Below, in pieces: positions 18,238-29,167 of a DNA stretch of 64,000 nt. Numbering within the stretch: the stretch's first letter is position 1; every line of letters begins with the position of its first letter. The notes below the pieces were generated by a model. The model had not been told where the DNA came from. It did no database searches and was given only the letters and a program-made list of their open reading frames with translations. Made by a program: the position numbers and the translations under genes. The stretch lies in contig CAZHEA010000001.1 in the NCBI GenBank assembly GCA_964531165.1, positions 62,835 through 126,834 of the forward strand. The letters are read 5' to 3'. The stretch is from an uncultured Thiotrichaceae bacterium. Its GTDB lineage: Bacteria > Pseudomonadota > Gammaproteobacteria > SZUA-229.

Positions 18238-19551
18238 TTATTGATAAATACTCAGATGTTTTATTCTTTCTAATATAATTTCTTCCATTTCAACATATTG
18301 CTCACTGCTTTTGAAGCCGCTATTTAAGTCAGTTCTGTAGATACCTTCTGCCAGCTTTTCAATAGATGGCATGTATTCAGTTTCTTCTTTAACAGTAGCA
18401 AGTCTGTATTGGATTTCACGTGCCTGATTTTCATTTTCAGTCGCATATTTTGCTAAGCGTATACCTGCATAATCAGCAGCTAAATCAACAAAACTAAAAC
18501 CACTTCCGCCATCTGAATCATCTATTTCCTTTTGTATGCCTATGGCTTTAGCCAGTTGCTTGTCTGCCACACTAACAATAGCAGCCGATACCATAAAATG
18601 TTGACTAACATCATGTCTCTTATGCAAATATATTTTTTGCATCTTTATACTGTATTTATTTTTTTTATCGTAATAATGACTTATGTTTTTATTGATTGCA
18701 TAAGCTGCAAGCACAATGAACACAGCTTTATTTTCAACAATCGGATCACTCGACTTACTTCTTTCCAGCGCCCGTTCAAACATTGGCTTGAATAATTCAG
18801 AAATACTTGATTGTAATTCTAAAGCCTGGCTTGAATATGCCAATTGTGTTGTCTGTGCAATGAGTGCCTGCCTTAAATTCTCAGGTATTACCTGTGACTT
18901 TAACTGCGATTTTACTTTCTCAATATATTTTTTATTAAAACGATAATTCATTGTCAGCTTACGTGGCGAAAAACTAATTGTTTTTATCGATTCTGTAACC
19001 AGCTTATAATTAAAAAACTCACTTAATAATTTTTCATGGATATAATTAGCTAAATGTTTTGCGACATAGTCCGGAAGTTTTATTTCACCTATAGTGAAAG
19101 ACTGCAGATTAAACGTGTATTTATCTTCGTCGGTGATGGCAATAAAGCTGGCCGATATATTTATAAATTTTTGTTCGGATATCTCCGGCAGACTGATACT
19201 CAGCTTAATATCAGCCTGATTCTGTAATAAAGTCACATGACTGTAAACTTGTCTTTTTGAAACCGCTACACTTCTTACTGCCATTTTTTGCACGATAAAA
19301 CCCACTAACAAATTAAGATCCTGCTGACTTATCTGCGATTTAATCAATCGGCCGGCGTTAATTTTTTCAGGATTATTGTCACGGATAAAACGCTCTATAC
19401 GCGTGACTTCGATCTGACTGATTTTTGCAGACTGATTCACTAGCGCTTTATCTTCCAGACTATATGACGCTAATACACCCAGCATAATGCCGACAATAAA
19501 CACACCTAGTATAAGGCGTATCAAAGGGCGCTTGTATAAGGGTTTTTTCAT
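18238..19551 (-). CDS. N-terminally membrane-anchored protein, unknown function
   Basis: 437 aa, a single N-terminal TM and coherent non-repetitive sequence. First gene of the apparent mod-containing operon. No family recognised. Confidence 0.5.
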   Translation of the reverse strand: MKKPLYKRPLIRLILGVFIVGIMLGVLASYSLEDKALVNQSAKISQIEVTRIERFIRDNNPEKINAGRLIKSQISQQDLNLLVGFIVQKMAVRSVAVSKRQVYSHVTLLQNQADIKLSISLPEISEQKFINISASFIAITDEDKYTFNLQSFTIGEIKLPDYVAKHLANYIHEKLLSEFFNYKLVTESIKTISFSPRKLTMNYRFNKKYIEKVKSQLKSQVIPENLRQALIAQTTQLAYSSQALELQSSISELFKPMFERALERSKSSDPIVENKAVFIVLAAYAINKNISHYYDKKNKYSIKMQKIYLHKRHDVSQHFMVSAAIVSVADKQLAKAIGIQKEIDDSDGGSGFSFVDLAADYAGIRLAKYATENENQAREIQYRLATVKEETEYMPSIEKLAEGIYRTDLNSGFKSSEQYVEMEEIILERIKHLSIYQ

Positions 19552-19701
19552 TTATTCTATATCCATTTAGTGAGTGCGCACTATAGCATGTTCATGTACG
19601 CGACTATTTAGGAATTTCATCGCCTGCGCTAACTGCTTTTGTTAAGCTTCTTACGCGTAGCGTGTTCATCAATGCCATACACTAGGTTACAATGCTCCAC
19701 C

Positions 19702-21894
19702 ATGGATGTATCACATATATTAGACGACTTAAATGATGCTCAGCGCGAAGCAGTCACCGCACCTCCGGGACCGATGCTCATACTCGCGGGTGCCGGCAGC
19801 GGCAAAACGCGCGTACTGGTTCACCGCATGGCATGGCTGATCCAGGTTGAAGAGGTTTCACCTTTTAGCATCATGGCGGTTACCTTTACCAATAAAGCCG
19901 CCGCTGAAATGCGCAACCGCGTTGAGCACCTACAGGGCGTTTCTCCTAATGGCATGTGGGTAGGCACCTTTCACGGCATTGCCCATCGTCTGCTACGTGC
20001 TCACTGGAAAGAAGCCGCACTGCCACAACAATTTCAAATCCTTGATTCTGATGATCAGTACCGCATGATCCGCCGAGTACTCAAGTCATTAGAGCTGGAT
20101 GAGGCTCGCTGGGTTCCCCGCCAGATTCAGGGATTTATCAATGCCCGCAAAGATGAAGGTCTGCGCCCCCAGCATGTCGATGCTGGCGCTGACCCGATTC
20201 GCCAGCAACTGGTTGCTATTTATACAGCTTATGAGGCGGCCTGTAGGCGCGCGGGCGTTATCGACTTTGCCGAACTACTGTTGCGCAGCCTTGAATTAAT
20301 TCGTGATAATGCCGAGCTTCATAAGCATTATCGCAACCGTTTTCAGCATATTTTAGTTGATGAGTTTCAGGACACCAATGAAATACAGTATGCCTGGATC
20401 AAACTCCTGTCCGCCGATAAAAATGCCCGCGGCGCCCAGTTATTCGTTGTTGGTGATGATGATCAGGCCATTTATGGCTGGCGCGGTGCCAAAGTAGAAA
20501 ACATACTCAGCTTTACCCACTCCAACCCCAATACGCTAATTATCAAGCTTGAGCAAAACTATCGCTCAACCGGCAACATTCTTAACGCTGCCAACGGGCT
20601 CATCGCCCATAATGATGAGCGTATGGGCAAAAGCCTGTGGACAGATGGTGATGACGGCAACCCAATTCAACTTTATGCGGCTTTCAACGAACAGGAAGAA
20701 GCACGCTATGTAATTGACCGAATCACTGAACACGTCTCCAACGGCAACGCACGTGCCGATATCGCCATACTCTATCGCTCCAATGCCCAGTCGCGAGTAT
20801 TTGAAGAACAACTGATGATGCAGGGCATACCTTACCGGGTTTACGGCGGGCTGCGCTTTTTCGAACGGGCTGAAATTCGTGATGCATTAAACTATCTACG
20901 CCTGATTAATAATCGCACCGACGACCCAGCCTTTGAACGGGTGGTAAATCAGCCAACCCGCGGCATTGGCAATAAAACTGTTGATACTATTCGCGAGGCC
21001 GCCCGCCTGGCTGATGTTTCCATGTGGCAGGCTAGTGAGACATTAATCACTAATAACACGCTAACGGCACGTGCCAGCAATGCGCTCAAAGGCTTTATCC
21101 AGCTCATTACAAAACTCGATGAGGACACCCGTGATGTAGAATTACATGAACAATTTGAACACGTTATTCACGCATCCGGCCTGATCGAACATTACAGCAA
21201 GGAAAAGGGTGAAAAAGCCGAGGCCCGGGTTGAAAACCTTGAGGAGCTGGTAAGTGCTGCCAAAGGCTATGAGTACGAACAGGACGATGAAGCGCCACTC
21301 GACCGGCTCACCGCCTTCCTTACCCATGCTGCTCTTGAAGCCGGTGAAGGTCAGGCCGAAGCCTGGGAGGATTGTGTACAACTAATGACTCTGCACAGTG
21401 CCAAGGGCCTTGAATTTCCACTGGTATTTATGGTCGGTATGGAAGAGGGTCTATTCCCCCATGCCCGCAGCGTCGAAGAAGAGGGCCGGTTACAGGAAGA
21501 GCGTCGTCTGTGTTACGTTGGCATCACCCGTGCTCGCGAGCAGCTGGTGTTAAGTTATGCAGAGCAACGCCGCTTATATGGCAAAGAAATGTATCCCATG
21601 CCTTCGAGCTTTATCGGTCAAATACCTGCTCAATTTATAGAGGAAATTCGACCCAAAACTCACTATAACGCTCCTGCAACCGCTAGTTATGGTTCACGCT
21701 CTTCCTACCGTTATGCACAACAGGATAATGAATCCGGCCTAAGCATCGGACAACGAGTAACCCATAAAAAATTTGGTGAAGGCTTTGTGTTAAATTACGA
21801 GGGCTCTGGAAAAAGCGCACGGGTAGAAGTCAATTTTGATCAGGTGGGGAGCAAATGGCTGGTTTTAAGTTATGCTAATTTACAAATAGTTTAG
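19702..21894 (+). CDS. uvrD: DNA helicase II UvrD
   Basis: Helicase motifs AGAGSGKT, VDEFQDTN, LEQNYRS and VTLMTLHSAKGLEF. I prefer the ATG at 19702 (MDVSHILDDLNDAQREAV) over the TTG at 19639. Confidence 0.93.
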   Translation: MDVSHILDDLNDAQREAVTAPPGPMLILAGAGSGKTRVLVHRMAWLIQVEEVSPFSIMAVTFTNKAAAEMRNRVEHLQGVSPNGMWVGTFHGIAHRLLRAHWKEAALPQQFQILDSDDQYRMIRRVLKSLELDEARWVPRQIQGFINARKDEGLRPQHVDAGADPIRQQLVAIYTAYEAACRRAGVIDFAELLLRSLELIRDNAELHKHYRNRFQHILVDEFQDTNEIQYAWIKLLSADKNARGAQLFVVGDDDQAIYGWRGAKVENILSFTHSNPNTLIIKLEQNYRSTGNILNAANGLIAHNDERMGKSLWTDGDDGNPIQLYAAFNEQEEARYVIDRITEHVSNGNARADIAILYRSNAQSRVFEEQLMMQGIPYRVYGGLRFFERAEIRDALNYLRLINNRTDDPAFERVVNQPTRGIGNKTVDTIREAARLADVSMWQASETLITNNTLTARASNALKGFIQLITKLDEDTRDVELHEQFEHVIHASGLIEHYSKEKGEKAEARVENLEELVSAAKGYEYEQDDEAPLDRLTAFLTHAALEAGEGQAEAWEDCVQLMTLHSAKGLEFPLVFMVGMEEGLFPHARSVEEEGRLQEERRLCYVGITRAREQLVLSYAEQRRLYGKEMYPMPSSFIGQIPAQFIEEIRPKTHYNAPATASYGSRSSYRYAQQDNESGLSIGQRVTHKKFGEGFVLNYEGSGKSARVEVNFDQVGSKWLVLSYANLQIV

Positions 21895-21945
21895 GCTCTA
21901 AAGATACTAATGAAATTAAAAATAATAATGCATAAAAACAATTAA

Positions 21946-24900
21946 ATGAAACAGGCTAAAGATCAGGAACTCATCAATTTATTTGTCTCTGCAGCTGCGC
22001 TGTTGCTCGGACTGGTATGGATGTTTTTCGGTAATAATATTATCAGCTTTTTATTACCACCGGAAAATCAGCACATATTTTATTATTTTTTTAGTGGCGT
22101 TATTTTTTCACTTGCATTTGTCGGGCTCTATGGATTCATTCATACCGTTCTTTATTTTACCGAGTTTATAGTCAGCACTGATAATCTTGACAATCAACTT
22201 TATGAAAATTTGTTATCCCACGAACTTGAAGGGGTATTTTTAAAGAATAGACGTGGGATTTATAAAAAAATCAGCCCAATTGCCAAACAGGTATTAAAGC
22301 TTAAAAATAAACAGGTTATTGGCCACACAGATATAGATCTTCACAAACATGCCACCGCTAACAAAATTCTTCATGAGGACCAACGCGTACTCGACTTTGG
22401 CGAAACCATCGTCTGGGAAACCACCAATATTACATCACAGGGTGAAGAGGCGTATCTATGCAAAAAGTTCCCCTGCCGTGACAAGAAAAATAAAATCACC
22501 GGCATCGTTGGTATTTGCAAAAACATAACGCCTTTAAAAAACTTTCAAAACACTAACGGCCAAATGGAGGACCGTTATCGTAATTTATTCAATAAATTAC
22601 CCTATCCGGTACTGGTGCTTGATGCAACCAACCTGTTGCCATTTACTTTTAATAGCGCAATGAACAAGCTTCTGGGGTACGAAAAAGAAGAGTTCTCTCG
22701 CATGCGTATGAGCCTGCATATAGATGCCGACAAGTTAAATGAATTTAGAAACAGTATCTCCGAATTAAACTTTGCTCATGGCGGTGAATTTGAAACTCAG
22801 CTAATTACCAAAAATAGAGACACCCTCAATATCTCCGGTTATGCTCAGGAAATCATCATTGACGATAAAGCTTACCTTCACATGATGTTGTATGACAATA
22901 CCGAAACCAAACGCTCAACTGATATACTCATCAGCTCAGAATTAAAATACCGTTCATTATTCGAACATGCAAATGATGCCATTATTGTTGTCTCTACTAA
23001 ATCACTTAATATAATTGACGCTAATGAAATTGCCATTAGCTTATTAGGCTATGTACGTGATGATTTATTATTAATGTCAATATACGACCTTGACTCAAGA
23101 GCAAATCACACTCTAACGCAGGAAAAAATTGCCGATCTCGAAATTTATAATCATGCACTTTACGAGCAGGAAATTCGTAACCGTAAAGGCGAGAAAAAAA
23201 CCGTTGAAATTAATGCACATAAACTAAATTACGGTAATGAAGATGTTTACCAGTTTGTAATACGAAACATCAGTCAGCGAAAAAAAACCGAAGCTGCGCT
23301 TAAAACATCAGAAAGCCGCTATCGTCAGATGTTTGAGTCAAACATGGCAATCAAGCTGGTTATTGACCCGGAAAATTTTCGTATCGAAGATGCCAATCCG
23401 GCGGCAGCCGAATTTTATGGCTATGCTATTGAAGAGCTCAAGGGCATGAATTTGGCACAAATTAATATACTTTCACGCAGTAAACTCAACACTTTAATTT
23501 TACAAACTCGCGAGCAAAATCTAGGATTTTATAGTTGCCCCCATCGTTTATCTAACGGTGAGATTCGCTTTGTTGAAGTACGTGACGGACCGATGGAAAT
23601 AGAAGGACGCCAATTATTCTACTCTATTATTTATGATGTAACCGCCAGTAAAGAAGCTGAAAACCAGGTTTTAGTTGCATCTAAAATGTTTGACTACTCT
23701 ACCGATGCAGTCATGCTAATTAATGACAAAAACAAGGTTGTCTCTGTAAACTATGCCTTCACTCAAATTACCGGCTATCAACAATCTGAAATTCAAAATG
23801 AATCACCAGAGGTAATTTTAGCTTCACCCGAAACACAATTATTAAATACAACCGTACTTGAATCCATTGATCAGGGCGGACAATGGAAAGGTGAAATATG
23901 GCATCGTTTAAAAGACGGGCAGAGCCGGCCACTTAACGCCAGCATTAATAGCATACGCAACACTAACACCAATGTTTCCAGCTATGTTGTCATGCTGGCA
24001 CCGCGTCATACACAAATGCCTGAGCAGCAAAGTAATATTCATTTTGTCGAGCTAACCGAGCTGCCCAATAAATCATTATTTATAGACCGCTTAAAAAACG
24101 CCATTGATCGTGCTCAACGCAATAAAAATAAGCTCGGAATTATTCTAATTGATTTCAGAAATTTCTCTGATATAAATATGATTCATGGCTACGATCTGGG
24201 AGATAAACTTCTAAAAGCCATTTCTAAAAGGCTTAAATATAACACTCGGGATAGTGACACAATTGGTCATTTTTCATCTGATGATTTTGCCGTGCTAATA
24301 GAAGACTTAAGCGACATACAACAGATGGGAATAGTGGCGCAGAAACTACTGTCAACTCTATCTGAAGCATATCAGACACCAGATCAATCCATAGATATTA
24401 ATGTTTCAATGGGTATCAGTATTTTTCCAGACGATGACACCAGTGCTGACCAATTAATTTCAAAAGCCCATGTCGCATTACAGTCCGCACAAAAATTTAA
24501 CGGTAATCATTTTGAACTAACCAGTTCAAGCATGAATAACAAAGCCAAAATGTGGTTACAAAAAGAAGCAGAACTTCACAAGGCATTACGCAATAATGAG
24601 TTCTTTTTAAGCTATATGCCACAAATCAATACTAACAACAATAGCCTCGACTCAATAGAAGCACTGGTTCGATGGAATCACCCTGAACACGGCTGCCTGC
24701 TACCCATGCAATTTTTACCGGGTGCTGAAAAGTCAGGTTTTATTGGTGCAATAGCAACTAATGTTATTGATATGGGATTGCGACAATATCGCCTGTGGCT
24801 AGATAATAACTTATCCATTCCAAAATTAAGTTTTAATATTTGCCTGTCTCAAATCGATACTGATCTAGCTGAAATACTATCTGAGAAATGCGATAAATAT

Positions 24901-25320
24901 AATATCGATTACGCTAAAATTGGTCTGGAATTTTCTGAAAAAGAATTTTTAACCATTACCGAGAATCAACGAATTATTTTACAACAAATCCAACAGAATA
25001 ATTTCAATATCTGCATAGATGACTTTGGCTCTGACAACACATCGCTTAATTGCTTATTACATTGCAGTGTAACAGAGATTAAAATCGATCCTATGTTTAT
25101 TGATAAAACCCGTCAGTCCAAATCGGCACATAGCTTATTAAACGGTATTGTCGCACTCTGTAACACTCAGCATATTAACATTGTTGCTGAAGGCGTTGAA
25201 AATACCGACGATAAACTCTATGCGCAGGAGTTTAATATTAGTCATATGCAGGGGTACTTATTCAGTAAACCTCTTATTGCAGATGATGTTGCTGCTTATC
25301 TTAATAAACAGATTAACTAA
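21946..25320 (+). CDS. Membrane sensor with multiple PAS domains, a degenerate GGDEF domain and an EAL domain
   Basis: N-terminal TM helices and several PAS-like blocks. The GGDEF position reads SSDDF (24274-24288). EAL-domain motifs EALVRW, DDFGS, EGVE and QGYLFSKP are present. Confidence 0.8.
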   Translation: MKQAKDQELINLFVSAAALLLGLVWMFFGNNIISFLLPPENQHIFYYFFSGVIFSLAFVGLYGFIHTVLYFTEFIVSTDNLDNQLYENLLSHELEGVFLKNRRGIYKKISPIAKQVLKLKNKQVIGHTDIDLHKHATANKILHEDQRVLDFGETIVWETTNITSQGEEAYLCKKFPCRDKKNKITGIVGICKNITPLKNFQNTNGQMEDRYRNLFNKLPYPVLVLDATNLLPFTFNSAMNKLLGYEKEEFSRMRMSLHIDADKLNEFRNSISELNFAHGGEFETQLITKNRDTLNISGYAQEIIIDDKAYLHMMLYDNTETKRSTDILISSELKYRSLFEHANDAIIVVSTKSLNIIDANEIAISLLGYVRDDLLLMSIYDLDSRANHTLTQEKIADLEIYNHALYEQEIRNRKGEKKTVEINAHKLNYGNEDVYQFVIRNISQRKKTEAALKTSESRYRQMFESNMAIKLVIDPENFRIEDANPAAAEFYGYAIEELKGMNLAQINILSRSKLNTLILQTREQNLGFYSCPHRLSNGEIRFVEVRDGPMEIEGRQLFYSIIYDVTASKEAENQVLVASKMFDYSTDAVMLINDKNKVVSVNYAFTQITGYQQSEIQNESPEVILASPETQLLNTTVLESIDQGGQWKGEIWHRLKDGQSRPLNASINSIRNTNTNVSSYVVMLAPRHTQMPEQQSNIHFVELTELPNKSLFIDRLKNAIDRAQRNKNKLGIILIDFRNFSDINMIHGYDLGDKLLKAISKRLKYNTRDSDTIGHFSSDDFAVLIEDLSDIQQMGIVAQKLLSTLSEAYQTPDQSIDINVSMGISIFPDDDTSADQLISKAHVALQSAQKFNGNHFELTSSSMNNKAKMWLQKEAELHKALRNNEFFLSYMPQINTNNNSLDSIEALVRWNHPEHGCLLPMQFLPGAEKSGFIGAIATNVIDMGLRQYRLWLDNNLSIPKLSFNICLSQIDTDLAEILSEKCDKYNIDYAKIGLEFSEKEFLTITENQRIILQQIQQNNFNICIDDFGSDNTSLNCLLHCSVTEIKIDPMFIDKTRQSKSAHSLLNGIVALCNTQHINIVAEGVENTDDKLYAQEFNISHMQGYLFSKPLIADDVAAYLNKQIN

Positions 25321-25354
25321 GCCAAATTTTCAATAATCCGGAATATATAAAACC

Positions 25355-26428
25355 ATGAAACGAAGACACTTTATAAAAGCCGCAGCTAGTAGTGGGATTT
25401 TAGCTACCACCACATTAACTAATGCGAGTGCCAGTACAACTAAAACCATAAAGTGGAAAATGGTTACCACCTGGCCAAAAAACTTCCCGGGGCTCGGCAC
25501 CGGCGCAAACAATCTCGCAAAATTAATTACCGAAATGTCAGGCGGACGTTTAAAGGTAAAAGTCTATGGCGCAAAAGAATTAGTACCCGCGTTTGAAGTA
25601 TTTGATGCCGTTTCACGGGGTACCGCTCAAATGGGTCACGGTGCAGCATATTACTGGAAGGGCAAAACACAGGCATCACAATTTTTTGCAGCCGTACCCT
25701 TTGGTTTAACGGCACAGGAAATGAATGGCTGGCTGTATCACGGCGGCGGCATGGAGCTGTGGCGCGAGACCTACGAGTCTTTTGGTTTAATTCCCGCCGC
25801 TACCGGCAATACCGGTGTACAAATGGCCGGCTGGTTTAATAAAGAAATCAAAACTATCAATGATCTAAAGGGTTTAAAAATGCGCATTCCCGGTCTTGGT
25901 GGTGAAGTCTTAAAACGCGCTGGAGGTATACCGGTAAACTTACCTGGAGGTGAAATATTTACTTCTTTAAAAACCGGTGTTATTGACGCAACCGAATGGG
26001 TTGGCCCATATAATGATTTAGCCTTTGGCTTACACAAAGCCGCTAAATTTTATTATTACCCGGGCTGGCACGAACCCGGCACAACTCTTGAAGCTTTAAT
26101 AAATAAAGATGCTTTTGAAAAACTACCTGCTGATTTGCAAAGCATTGTATTAAATGCATGTAAGGTCGCCAATCTTGATATGATCAGTGAATACACGACA
26201 CGCAATCAGCAAGCACTAGATACACTGGTCAACAAGCATAAAGTTAAACTATTAAAGTTACCTGATGAAGTTTTAGCTAAGCTGCAAAGTTTATCGGATG
26301 AGGTTATCAGCGAAGTTGCAGAAACCGACAAGATGAGTCAAAAAGTATTTAAGTCGTTTAAGGCGTATCGTGATCAGGTACAGAAATGGAGTGAAATTTC
26401 TGAACTGGCTTATCTAACATCGCGATAA
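25355..26428 (+). CDS. dctP: TRAP transporter substrate-binding protein (Tat signal)
   Basis: RRHFIKAAASSG twin-arginine signal, about 357 aa of DctP-family-like sequence. Convergent with the dctQM pair. Confidence 0.8.
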   Translation: MKRRHFIKAAASSGILATTTLTNASASTTKTIKWKMVTTWPKNFPGLGTGANNLAKLITEMSGGRLKVKVYGAKELVPAFEVFDAVSRGTAQMGHGAAYYWKGKTQASQFFAAVPFGLTAQEMNGWLYHGGGMELWRETYESFGLIPAATGNTGVQMAGWFNKEIKTINDLKGLKMRIPGLGGEVLKRAGGIPVNLPGGEIFTSLKTGVIDATEWVGPYNDLAFGLHKAAKFYYYPGWHEPGTTLEALINKDAFEKLPADLQSIVLNACKVANLDMISEYTTRNQQALDTLVNKHKVKLLKLPDEVLAKLQSLSDEVISEVAETDKMSQKVFKSFKAYRDQVQKWSEISELAYLTSR

Positions 26429-26560
26429 ATTTTAATTAATCTATTAAAAATGAGCCCACGTCTTTAGTGCGTGGAGTTAATTATAGACTCTTCTTATAAG
26501 CTCCTGTCATTGTCGAATGCTTGTCTTAACAAACCAGCGGCCGGCCTGACTCACTTAAGT

Positions 26561-27934
26561 TTATTGCAGCACTCCGGGCAACCAGGTTGCCAACTGCGGC
26601 CATATCACAATTAAACCCATTGCAAAAATTTGAATCAAAATAAATGGCATCACACCTTTATAAATATCCATGGACCGCACTTCTTTTGGTGCAACACCGC
26701 GTAAATAAAATAATGCAAAACCAAATGGCGGCGTCAAAAATGAAGTTTGCAAGTTTATTGCAATTAATATTCCCAGCCATATCGGATCTATGCCCATAGC
26801 CAGTAAAATCGGACCGACAATAGGAATCACCACAAACGTAATTTCAATAAAGTCGAGTACAAAACCCAGTAAAAACATTACCAGCATTACCAGGAACAAT
26901 GCACCGAATTTTCCACCCGGCAGGTCACTTAAAAATGACTGAATTAATTCATCACCTTCAAAACCCCGAAACACCAATGAAAAAATAGAGGCACCAATTA
27001 ATATCATAAACACCATGCTACTGATGCGGGTGGTTTCCTGCATGACTTCGCGTACTACCTTAATTTTAAACTGCCGATGATAAGCTGCCAGTAGCATAGC
27101 GCCGACGGCACCTACTGCAGCGGCTTCGGTGGGTGTGGCAAGGCCGGCCATAATCGAGCCCAGCACCGTTAAAATTAAAAATAGCGGCGGTAATAGCTCA
27201 ACCATCACCTGTTTAATTAACTGACTTCTATCACGTAGTTCTTCTACGGGTAATGCGGGCATAGACTCTGGTTTGACACGGGCAATAAAAAGCAGGTAAC
27301 AGATATATAAGAAAACTAGTAGTAAGCCGGGTATCAGCGCCCCTAAAAACAGATCACCCACTGACAGGGTTTCCGGACTAAAAATCCCCATGTCGAGTTG
27401 CGCCTGCTGATATGCAGATGACAACACATCACCCAGTAACACCAATACAATAGATGGCGGGATAATTTGTCCAAGGGTTCCAGAAGCACAAATGGTACCG
27501 CAGGCAATTTTAGGATCATAACCGCGTTTTAACATCGTCGGCAGAGATAACAGCCCCATAGTCACCACGGTTGCACCGACAATGCCTGTACTGGCTGCTA
27601 GCAACATACCCACTAATGTTACCGAGATACCAATGCCACCGCGCACCGACCCGAACAGCTGGGCCATGGTTTCCAGCAGATTTTCAGCAATTTTCGAACG
27701 CTCAAGCATTACCCCCATAAACACAAACAGGGGCACCGCCAGCAGCACCTGATTCATCATAATGCCAAATAAACGATTCGGCAGTGCGCCTAAAAAGGCC
27801 TCATCGAATATCTCTAAATAACTGCCGATACCGGCAAACAATAAAGCCGTGCCGGCTAGCGTAAAAGCCACCGGATAGCCGGTTAACAATAAGATAAATA
27901 CACAGACAAATAACCAGATCGCCATATATTCCAT
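26561..27934 (-). CDS. dctM: TRAP transporter large permease
   Basis: 457 aa polytopic membrane protein. Its start overlaps the stop of the dctQ-like gene by 1 nt. Confidence 0.85.
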   Translation of the reverse strand: MEYMAIWLFVCVFILLLTGYPVAFTLAGTALLFAGIGSYLEIFDEAFLGALPNRLFGIMMNQVLLAVPLFVFMGVMLERSKIAENLLETMAQLFGSVRGGIGISVTLVGMLLAASTGIVGATVVTMGLLSLPTMLKRGYDPKIACGTICASGTLGQIIPPSIVLVLLGDVLSSAYQQAQLDMGIFSPETLSVGDLFLGALIPGLLLVFLYICYLLFIARVKPESMPALPVEELRDRSQLIKQVMVELLPPLFLILTVLGSIMAGLATPTEAAAVGAVGAMLLAAYHRQFKIKVVREVMQETTRISSMVFMILIGASIFSLVFRGFEGDELIQSFLSDLPGGKFGALFLVMLVMFLLGFVLDFIEITFVVIPIVGPILLAMGIDPIWLGILIAINLQTSFLTPPFGFALFYLRGVAPKEVRSMDIYKGVMPFILIQIFAMGLIVIWPQLATWLPGVLQ

Positions 27935-28509
27935 TACATGGGTGTCTCATTAAGGCCTGCGTGGGTAGAAACCGGCTCAGTAGTTGAGCCGGCAGAGGCT
28001 ATTTTCAATATAGCCTGTAATATTAATGCCACTCCCTGCAGTATGAGCAATACCGCCATCATTAAAATTAAGCTTTTCAGCAAATAGACACCGGGGAGCC
28101 CGCCGGCCTCACGGGAACTCTCGCTGACTCTCCAGGCGTCAGCGACATAGGGCCAGCTCACCCAGAATATAAAAATCATGACCGGCAATAAAATAAAACA
28201 GTGACCTATTAAATCAATCCAGGCTTTGCCGGTGTCGCTGAGCCGATCATAAAATATATCAACCCTGACATGGCCGTTATGCCTGAGAGTGTAGGCCGCA
28301 CCCAATAAAAACACCATTGAATGAAAATAAGAGATGGATTCCTGCAGGGCAATCCAGCCCATACCAAACACATAACGCAACACTACCACTAAAAATGTAA
28401 CCAGCACCATCGCCAGCGTTAACCATGAAACACTGCGACCAACCCAGTCAATAAACTGTTCGAGTTTTGTTGATATTATTTTAATAGAGCGTTGTAGAGT
28501 CGAATTCAT
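27934..28509 (-). CDS. dctQ: TRAP transporter small permease
   Basis: 191 aa, four TM helices, immediately upstream of dctM. Confidence 0.75.
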   Translation of the reverse strand: MNSTLQRSIKIISTKLEQFIDWVGRSVSWLTLAMVLVTFLVVVLRYVFGMGWIALQESISYFHSMVFLLGAAYTLRHNGHVRVDIFYDRLSDTGKAWIDLIGHCFILLPVMIFIFWVSWPYVADAWRVSESSREAGGLPGVYLLKSLILMMAVLLILQGVALILQAILKIASAGSTTEPVSTHAGLNETPM

Positions 28510-28651
28510 CGGCGCATTTTACACTGTTATCCGCTTTGGGTTACAGTTTGTCGGGTAAAAATTGAAATTGTCCTGTAAATTTGTCACCTTATACAGATAA
28601 TGTTTTTGGCATTGTTATTTTTATCCACCAAATTATAACTATATTATTGAA

Positions 28652-29167
28652 ATGTTTATGAAGCGCTTAATTATATTCCCCACATTATTGCTTAGCATCT
28701 GTTCTGTTAATGCGGATTCCATAACGACTGATAAAGACGGATTTATCACTCGCGAGCATGCCTTGCATTGTATGCAAATGAATCAGCAGGTTATTAACAG
28801 CCAACAGCACATGCTCACTTTCGAAACCAATAAAGCCACTTTAAAAAGTAAGATAGATTATCTGCACGATCAAATTGAAATTCGACGACAAAAAATTGAA
28901 CAGCTAGATCAAAAACATTATCAGCATAATAACGAAAACTATAATCAGCTTATTGATCAGTTTGAAGAGCTAGTGAACGAACGCAAACAAACCATTGCAC
29001 AGTATAATCAGGAAAATCAGCAACATCTTACCCACCATACAGGAGATATTAATTTACAAAATTCCTATACTGAACAATGTTTGAATAATATCAAGATAAC
29101 TAAACCGTTACATAAAGATATTTGCCTGATGTCAACCAGCCTATGGTGCTCAAGGCTTTCATTTTAA
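28652..29167 (+). CDS. Exported coiled-coil protein, unknown function
   Basis: Signal peptide, then a Gln/Glu-rich heptad-like stretch (KIDYLHDQIEIRRQKIEQLDQK...) and several Cys. Confidence 0.45.
   Translation: MFMKRLIIFPTLLLSICSVNADSITTDKDGFITREHALHCMQMNQQVINSQQHMLTFETNKATLKSKIDYLHDQIEIRRQKIEQLDQKHYQHNNENYNQLIDQFEELVNERKQTIAQYNQENQQHLTHHTGDINLQNSYTEQCLNNIKITKPLHKDICLMSTSLWCSRLSF

Noticed and set aside
28617-28625. DnaA-box-like TTATCCACC upstream of the coiled-coil gene
   Set aside because: An isolated one-mismatch 9-mer far from the origin. Such sites are expected by chance and are not clustered here.
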